NCBI GenBank assembly: GCA_030141605.1
Contig: JAQGDQ010002366.1
Location: forward strand, 504,660-568,659
DNA from: Tubiluchus corallicola
Lineage: Eukaryota > Animalia > Priapulida
DNA length: 64,000 nucleotides
Reading direction: 5' to 3'
Positions 55,901 to 64,000 of this stretch are shown piece by piece; positions within the stretch are counted from its first letter, which is position 1, and each line of letters begins with the position of its first letter. The translations under genes were made by a program, and so were the position numbers. The notes under the pieces were generated by a model. It searched no databases. It was not told the DNA's origin and saw only the letters and a program-made list of their open reading frames with translations.

Positions 55901-56968
55901 AATGATAATTTTCCTGCTACCAGCAGACACATAATACTTGCAGGCTGGGCGTGAGGCGGGAGGTTTCTACACCAATTTGGGGGAATGACAGATTCATTCC
56001 CTCAATTTCATATGCAAATTGGACAATACTTGCTTATAATAAGTCGCTTATTACATTGTATTACAATTATTTCTTGCTGTTTCTGTAGCCCTCGAGCAAA
56101 AAGGTATTACCATCATGTTTTTACAATGTTGTATATAAATTTTGTGAAATATTAGACAAATCATTTCAGACATGCATAGTATTTATAGTTAAAGGACTGA
56201 AAGAGAAAAAGATTAATTAAATTACAACATTAATTTCATTTTTCAAGTAACTTGACGAAAACTAAAATCTCTCAAATCTTCATGTCAACACCTTTTTGTG
56301 CGGCTGACTTTCAACCAATGTTGTATGAACTGCTAACAAAATCCTCAGCAAATCTTGCAAAATTTCTTTGTCAATTATTGATTTTTGTTAGCGCATATAC
56401 AAGACAGTGCAATTTTACTCACTAAAAGTATATGCCATTTGCACATTGTTTCGTTGTTCGAAAGACAAGCGACAAATTCAAGAGTTTTACTCAATGGAAA
56501 AGGTTAGCAGCTAAAATAAAAAATGCCTAATAAGAATGGCGCGTTTAGGGTATTCAATGAATGAGACTTTGAGACTCCTCAGTCATAAGATTTGATTTCT
56601 AATAACTACTATTGCACGTAAGTAGTAATTATATTATACTGAGCTGCTAATTAGGAACTGTGGTTGCTTGCCTTAAGTACAGTACTTGCATTAAATTTTG
56701 CATATTTTTTCAGGTTGACGAGGCAATCATTGTCGTCGTTGCATCACTTTCATTAAGCGCTACTGATAGAAAAAATGCATAATAGTTTATAATGACATTA
56801 CCAATTGAGCTAACTATTAATTAACCATTGAGGCACACAGTCCTATGTTTTGTTTCAGCTTAAATTTTGTCCATCAATTCTTCTAGAATCAACATTACAA
56901 GAACGAATAAAACATGGCTTCATTTACTCACCTGAGGAAAACCTTGTGTTACAAATTACGTCGTCCAT
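43943..56968 (-). CDS. aop: Yan/anterior open-like (ETV6/7 family) PNT plus ETS transcription factor, about 294 aa; exons 56968-56932, 55765-55652, 55131-55030, 51178-51092, 50287-50228, 48807-48712, 45683-45615, 44730-44484, 44015-43943
   Basis: ETS domain [54 protein letters not shown] closely resembles Drosophila Yan. SAM-PNT domain PMEWSKEDVAVWL..LNG|KAFCLLDKVDFRNRFPVNGDILYNALQ. PxSP motifs are present. The domain exons are high confidence; the first and linker exons are lower. Confidence 0.88.
47872..48512. repeat. (TATAA)n pentanucleotide array with an internal inverted (TTATA)n block
   Basis: Read directly. Orientation flips near 48270 and back near 48330. Confidence 0.95.
49724..50163. 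mobile_element. hAT-like MITE
   Basis: TIR CAGGGGCGTA / TACGCCCCTG; the TSD is only partly preserved. Confidence 0.6.
50418..50752. mobile_element. Degenerate hAT-like MITE
   Basis: Imperfect TIRs AGAGCCGGATTAACC / GGTAAATACAGCCCTG and internal GGGCCC repeats. Confidence 0.45.
51400..52985 (+). mobile_element. Decayed, internally deleted RTEX/Proto2-like LINE in a yan intron
   Basis: GDFNADFS, ISKFIEHVI, ASKAFDRVN, LFYADDLCLIAPS, KYLGHII, and an A-rich tail near 52960-52985. Confidence 0.75.
53826..54138. mobile_element. AT-rich foldback MITE
   Basis: Long imperfect TIRs CTATGAAATACCAAAGTGGAATTTAATGCT vs the reverse complement CTGTGGGACGCCAATGTGGAATTTAATGCT, flanked by GTTA on both sides. 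Confidence 0.65.
55175..55312. repeat. 53-bp inverted repeat (hairpin) with a 32-nt spacer
   Basis: 55175-55227 matches the reverse complement of 55260-55312 with 2 mismatches. Confidence 0.9.
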
Positions 56969-58847
56969 TGTCTCTGCTTTTTTCCAAAACGACAGAGGAA
57001 AATAAAAAGCGTGATCTCTTGAGTAAGAATCAGATGAGATCCACGTTTGTGGATTATACAACGTCTGGTGCATGTTTAATTCCATAATTTAAGTTTATAA
57101 TATCTAAATTGTAGTTTTGTTAAACATTTCAACCATAAACGTTAACGCATAATGAATGCGTCTAATTACGAGCGTCACTCGGTGTTTTATAACTAAATAG
57201 TTTGTTCCTTGTTGACTTAAGCATAAATATAGTAGTCCGCGATTTACCACTAGCGTACACATCTCACCTGTTTCATTTCTATAAAAACATAGGAGAGAAG
57301 TGTAGCTCACCAAGAACAAAAATAAGCACATTCCAAAAAATCTAGATTCGCAAACGATTAATAGAGATTTGCCAAATCTATCATTACTTTTTTATATATA
57401 AAAACGATGATGTTGATATGTCGAGTTTCTCTTTTAAAGAACACCTTCTCCAGCCTGGATCCGGAGTAGCTGTAGTTTGTTCAAATATGCGCTTAATAAG
57501 AATTGTACTCGATAGGTAGGAAGTTGAAAACGTCACGGTAAAAGATATAAGGCTTTTTTGCTTTTACTTTTCATTTTGGTTCCAACCCTAGTCCTTGCAA
57601 GAAAATTTTTCTTAGTTTTTTTTTATTGGTTGCACTTACTTTTCCTAAAGGGCATATTCAGAATCAATGAAAGAAACGAATAAAATCACATTCACATAAT
57701 TCACATATTGGCAAGTTGAAAGTCACGTGACTTTTGTTACAAAGTAACATTCTGTAACTTATTGTAGATTTTAATTTGTGCTGTCTTTCAGTCTTTTAAA
57801 ACCATTTTTTAACAATAATATCGTTAAAAGTGTTTTGGGTTAAAATGAAATGCTAATTAAAAAATGTCGTCTGATAAAGTGTTTAATAGGGAACAGGCAA
57901 CAATTTTTTATTAGTAATAAGAATTTTACAGAGCCCGTAAGGCGACAATATAAATTTTTCTGAAAAAATTTTACGAGCAAACGCAAACCTTTTGCGTTCC
58001 TTCGCAAAGTATTGCGATCACTCGCAAAGTTTCGCATTTCCTCGCAAACCTTTTCCATTACCACGCAAAATTTTGCGTTTTGTCGAAAAGGTCTTCGGTG
58101 ATTGTAAGCTGTGGAATGAAAACGAAAACGAAATATTTTGAGTAAAATTTGATTATCCAAGCGGCAAGAAGAACTCAATTTTTTGTACACATGCATAGGC
58201 CTATAAAAAAGGTATGCCTAATATTATACTTAATTTTAACTTAAGGATGTACTGGCAGTGTGCGTGTACGTTATTTAAACCCAATACTGATATAAATTTC
58301 GGAATCTGAAAGTAACACTACTCTCGTTCTTCGCCTCAAACAAGATTAAAATTGCGTTATCATGTGCGAATTAATTGTTAGGAAATACATGACTGTAGTT
58401 ACGAATGAGCATTGATGTGGGCAGGTCAGATTCTTCAAGAATCTATGAGTTGCGTGGCTGGTATGTCAAAAATTAAAAAATGGACAAAAAATGTGAAGAA
58501 TTGTATTTCATTTTGTAATCAAGTAAGACTAGCAAACAACAGGAAGAGTAGCAGCAGCACAGGGCTGTCGGTAGAAAGAATCCCAGATTCTGGCTCATAG
58601 AATTTTGGAACGTCTGATTCCAACTCCGTCTCCTGCCTCGAAATAGTAATTTATAATATTACGATTCTTCAACAGTCTTCGATATCTTTCTCAGTGTAGA
58701 ATATCATCATTATTTCATAGCCAAATTAATTATCAAGCTACTTTCAAATTTAAAATATGAACATCAAATTAAGTTTAACTCACTGTAAGAACTCTATAAG
58801 CTACAACTTGACAAACATCTACAAATCTTTTTTCATATTCATGTGGC

Positions 58848-59025
58848 GGCTAAAGTTTACAATTCCCTCACACAAGAAATTAGTTCCAAAAGCGGATTAG
58901 GATTAACGTTAGGATTAGGATTAGGGTTAGGTTTAGGGATGGGGTCAGGGTTGGGTTAGGGTTAAGATTAGGGCTAGGTTAGGGTTAAGGTATTTAAATT
59001 GTGTGGAGAATTATAAACTCCTTCC
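58848..59025. mobile_element. Merlin-like MITE with a degenerate TTAGGG core
   Basis: GG..CC termini, inverted AGTTTACAATTCCCTCACACAA / TTGTGTGGAGAATTATAAACT, and 8-bp TSD CATGTGGC at 58840-58847 and 59026-59033. Confidence 0.7.
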
Positions 59026-60622
59026 CATGTGGCATAATAGGTAATGAGAATTTTAGCTTAGGGTAAGCTTTCGGTAAGGCTTTTTAGCTTAGGGCTTAGC
59101 TAAACAAAAATGAAATAGGAAATTTAAATTGCATGCTTATTAGCAGTGGCTCAAACTGTTCGGTCTAATTTATATACTTATTATAGTCCTAACAGCAAGG
59201 ATTTCATGAAATGTTGTTTTTCTTTTTGAAGTGTTTATTAAGAATCAACTAACAACGTAGCATCTAAAAAAAGAATTTCATGAAACTGTTTCCACTGAAA
59301 ACCAAAACCTCTATTCATGCTGGGTGCGAATCTGCTACGTATCTGGTAACATCCATTTTGAAATGCAATTAGAAATTTTTGTTAGTAAGTAAAATTAAAC
59401 TTATAAATGCATAAGGAAACATTTCAAAATAGCATACTTTTTATTTATATAATAATTATACATTGATGCAGGCATTTGCACTATGTAGATGGTACGCAAA
59501 AACTATTAAATTTTACCAGGTTTACACAAAAGTAACAACAAAACGACAACACGCTTAACACAGATTATCACAGCAGTAGCGCAGATGTGCTAACACTCTG
59601 AAGCTTTGCACATTACAATTAAAATTGAGCATTTAGATTCTAATGAAAATTCCTGTATAGAGTTTTCACTGTCTCTCTTACTATTCCAGTTCGTAACATA
59701 TAATAATAGATAAATATGTACATATAACTACATAATAACTTACAACTAATTAAGGCGAACTACTTAATTACTACCGTGACGGACTTCAGAAGATGTCTAC
59801 TTAACTGCAAACTTCGTTTTTCTTGTTTGTTTTTTTCATTTATATATTTTTCTTAATATATAGTGATAGGTCTATCACCCAGACAAAATTGACATTGATA
59901 GGTCATAACAATGTCGATCTGTAACTTAATAATTGGCACATTTTGAAATTTTTGAAATGACCACACTGCATGTGCGAGCATTAAAAATGACTTTCAAAGC
60001 TTTAGAACTTGAACTTTTTAAAAAATATATTGTAGTCTTACAAAAGCACAAAGGTTAGATCTACGCAAAGCATTCGGGTTGTTATTATAGGCTTTAAAAG
60101 TACTGATTAGTGGTTACTACCGTATAACTTCTTATCTAACACAGTTTTCTGACAGATTTACTGAAGCTCACAATAATGAAACCTATTTTGCTTATTATTT
60201 GTCCGTACAAAATACACGTGATAAAAGCTAAATTTATTTTAGTTACAAACCCCCGTAGAAAATCGTGAAAATGTTAAATATAACTAACGCGGCAATATAA
60301 ACAACAAAGTTTATAGAATATCAAATTGCAAATGTCCCAAATTTGTCTATTGAAAGTGCGTTGCACTGTGAACTATCAGATAAAATTACACAAACTTTGG
60401 TTTAGATTTGTCAGTACTGGTAAGAATGTTAATTAGTTATAGCGCACATAACAATAATTAATTATTATTAAAAATTTTAAGTTGCAGAAATTTATTTTAT
60501 TGATCGATTCAAATTTCTGGGTTTTGATAAATTTAATTTACTTAATTCCCAAGACGGCATACCTTGTTTTCTATTCTCATTGACTTGTGAGCAAAGATTT
60601 CTGGCATTTTGATTTTGAGCTC

Positions 60623-63600
60623 TTAGTTTCCTCTAAAACTGAAGTTATCGGTACTGTCAGTGCGTTTGGTCTGGCGCGACCTGGCATGAATCACACCAGC
60701 TACAATAATGGTCAAGAACAGCAACGCCACGATGCCACTGATTCCAGCAATGAAAGTGATACGTGGTACGCATGCACTGCCAATGGTTGTTGTCTGATCA
60801 CTGGATACACGACGGATGGCCCCTGATTCTTCTGCATCAAAGGAAAATTAAAATACATTAGATAATATCACACAAAAGTAAACAGTCATTCTGCTTCAGC
60901 TGCAGACGCCTTCATACCAGATGTAAAGTCAGCAAATATTTGTTTGCTAACCCTTAAATGTGGGCCTACACGTGATGTACTGCTTTTCATGCAGTGTCAC
61001 TGACCTAACTTAGTGCGCGAATATTAATAATGAAATATTCTTAATGAATCATGTCTCATTTCATCTTTAATGTTTCCTGAATATGTTTGTAAATAAAAGC
61101 TTCAGACACAGAACGATTGCATGGAACATATTCACAATATTAAAACATAATATCAGAACATTTCAACACCTGTCTTGTGTGATCATCAGTAGAATGCCGA
61201 ACGTTCAAAGTGTGGAGTTAGTCAAATCAGAAAGTCACACTTTGTTCAAATGTCACAACATTATGCGGAAGTAATTACAGTCAGTATCACAATACTTTAT
61301 GTACTAAGATGAAGCTGGGCAGAGCTGAATGGCGAAGCATAATACGAAATTAAAATATTTAAGTGAAGTGAGTTAACGGGATAGAACTGCTCACGATTAA
61401 AACCAGGTTTATGTTCATTTTAAAGTCCTTTTATTTAATTCCATCCGTATTTTAAAATTTTTCAATTTGTATTGTGTTCTTTCATTGCATCTCCTCCCAG
61501 ATGCGTCCTACTGCATACATCATCATCTTAGGTTAGGCGCTTCCGTTATGCAATATTGCATCATTCATAATGTGATGTGATGTCTCCGCTCTGCTGCCTC
61601 ATGCCAAGTATCTACGTTGTTTAAGTCAAGTGGAGTACTTAATGAATCTTTCTTCAGAACATTTAAATATGCTATCAGCTGTCGTCCTCTTCCCAGGCAT
61701 TAGTGCTTGATGTAATGCTGTAGTAAGTGGAGAATCCTATGGTAATCTAATGACATGTCCAATCCACCAAAGCCGACATTTCTGAATGACCTCAATCCAA
61801 TCCTTGTTCTTTGTTATATGATATGGATCCTGATCTAAGATTTTCTTTGGTCATTTTATACTCAACATCTTTCTGTGCCGGCGTCCTTGGAAGGCATTGA
61901 TTTCATTCATTGAAGGCAATTCAGAATGGTACAAGAATACAAAGTTCTACAAGCAATGATAGAATGTGTAGTTTTTTCTGTGGTAAGATTCGAAAAAGTT
62001 TCAAATGATTCAAAAATTCAAAAAATGTTGTGAGCTTAGAATATGCAGCCAAGCCTGATATTTTTTGCGTGCTTTGCGTGCTATATCAGCTTCAGCGCCT
62101 GCTAAAACTACATATACAACCAGTTCACACAGCACATACTGAATCTCTGTGAACTGCAATTACTTATGTATAATGATTATGGCAGTTCATCCACTTTATT
62201 ACTTCCTGTTTTGCCAACAACGCCTTTTGAACACTTTCAACTGAGGATGACACAAGACAGGTGTTGAAACATTTTGCGATTTTCTTCTAATAATATGGAT
62301 ATGTCCTATAGAATCCATCTATGTCTGAAATTTTTCAAAGTTAAATCTGTTGATGTTCACAATCACTGGCCAGCAGTTGGGCTTTTGTGCTTAACATACC
62401 ATCATATATAATTGTCTCAGCTCCGGGTACCATGACAGTTATGCTTTCACTCATTAATTCATCACCCACGGATTCGCCAGGTTTGATCTCATTGCCTTCA
62501 GGATCACGTATCAAGCGATCACTTGACGTCATTTCACTTGTATCACGCTTCCTCCTTCTTGCGTCACATTCAGTCTGAAATAATGACATCATTAAAAATA
62601 TCCGGAAAAGATGCTTGTCTAGCTTTATATTTTAGTGCAGGTGAATGTTAGTATTTGCTAATGAAGGATAATCGATCAAAAGTGATCTAATGTATTCACA
62701 ATGACTATCAACAGATGGCGCAAGTTACTATGTTGCCTATATTTAAGGCGTAGTAACTTCGTGTTAATATATGTAACCGTCGAGCTATTTTTCTTTGTTT
62801 TATTTCATTTTGTATTATTTTAGTCTAACACCTATTCATTGTTGCCGTTATTAACTTTACTATAACAGGAAAAAAAGAGCCGCATATAAATGCCTAACTA
62901 GTTTCTGCATGGAAAAAAGTTCTTGGTGTTTGATCAGTTTTTTAGTTTAGCTACATCTAGTGATTACAAGAAGTAACGATTCGCTTAAAATGTATGTTAG
63001 GCGATCTGCTAAAAACATTTGTTCATTCTTGTTTAATAATGCTGCTCCGGTTTGGAATAGTTTACAAGAAATTGCAAATGATGCACCATTGATAAAAGCT
63101 CGAAATGCAAACCTTTTTAAACGGTGATTAAATTATGTCAATCCTAAAATGCTTTCTTAATATTTTCTAAAGAAGCGCTTGCTCTTTATGTCTCCCCTAA
63201 ACCGCCCCTCACTATTGTGTTGCTTCTTATGTGCATATGAATGTATTGCATGTTCTTATATAATGTATATGGTGTATGTATATGTATGTGTCTTAATGTA
63301 TATTGTTTATTTTTTATTTGGTGTATAATAAGCTTAATACTTGCAATATCTAAATCTTATTAGGGTGATTATATTGTTTGTTTTAATGGAAATGACATTT
63401 TAAAAGCCTGATTTTCAGCTGTCTCTGTTGATAATAAGATTTAAAATTTAGCGCCTTAAAATTTTGTCAAAATTAAGAATATTGCTACAGGCCCAAAATG
63501 TGTACTTACAGGATAACAATGATCAAAGCACACTCTACACTGACATGAGAAGTAGACATTTGTCACATCCGGGAACTTGAATGCTTTAAAATGCGCAAAC

Positions 63601-63975
63601 ATGTAAGTGTTGCCACGGCTGATTCCTGTTGATCGCTGGGAATGTCCAATGACTTTCTTGTGAGCTGGACAACTGCAAAAATAACAAGAAAATGATCAGA
63701 AGGCATTTTCTTTAATGATAATGCTTGTGGCGATGTTGTTAGTGCTGCTGCAGATGATAAAACGCTGAATCACAACAGGAGCAACAACAACAACAACAAC
63801 AACAACAGGTACCAGCTTATTAACTAAACTGTTAATGATGATAACAAGCTTTGCAGTGTTAATTTAATTGTTCCACATTGAAGTTTTTACCCATCTTCGT
63901 CAATAAGTTCGAGTCTAGACATTCCCATGCCATCATGAGCGTAACAGTCAAATACAGAAAGATCAAATATTCCAC
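60623..63975 (-). CDS. Zona pellucida (ZP)-domain, cuticlin-like transmembrane protein, 3' exons 63975-63891, 63672-63510, 62574-62400, 60831-60623; 5' part outside the window
   Basis: ZP-C motifs DCYAHDG..ELIDEDG|CP and FAHFKAFKFPDVTNVYFSCQCRVC, furin site RRRKR, TM segment ITFIAGISGIVALLFLTIIVAGVI and a short tail. Phase-consistent GT-AG introns. Confidence 0.9.
61500..62100 (-). mobile_element. RTE-clade LINE 3' remnant
   Basis: Resembles the 3' end of the 37750-41350 element (LYxSEL-type and WIGH-type segments); heavily decayed. Confidence 0.55.
63782..63806. repeat. (CAA)n microsatellite
   Basis: Read directly from the sequence. Confidence 0.9.
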
Positions 63976-64000
63976 CTGCAAAATAACACCAACAGACTAA

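Noticed and set aside
57930-58100. Short TCGCAAA repeats with variable spacing (CRISPR-like at a glance)
   Set aside because: The repeats and spacers are too short, the context is eukaryotic and there are no cas genes. Probably MITE subterminal repeats.
58895-58990. True interstitial telomere or chromosome fusion scar
   Set aside because: It is short, degenerate and enclosed by TIRs and a TSD.

Overview
AT-rich eukaryotic DNA from an invertebrate animal, probably a protostome (inferred from a Yan-type ETS domain and a cuticlin-like ZP protein). The genes are spliced, so most entries in the ORF track are noise, and I rebuilt gene models by hand from GT-AG sites and reading phase. Left to right: the 5' end of a CYP2-clan P450 (-); a solo-LTR-like insertion; an intronless ARMC3 (-) with an RFX X-box upstream; a 4-exon Ly6/three-finger (quiver/sleepless-like) GPI-type gene (+); a partial tandem copy of that gene, split by a TTAA (Kolobok-like) transposon and truncated by a LINE; DCTN2/dynamitin (+, 6 coding exons, 402 aa); a Yan/ETV6-like PNT-ETS factor (-, about 9 exons); and the 3' end of a ZP-domain transmembrane gene (-). 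Introns and intergenic DNA hold many decayed LINEs, MITEs, a tRNA-derived SINE and microsatellites. I see no CRISPR array, rRNA, authentic tRNA or clearly new multi-gene system. The most noteworthy items are the intronless X-box ARMC3, the remodelled Ly6 copy with reciprocal empty and filled TE sites, and several structured repeats.
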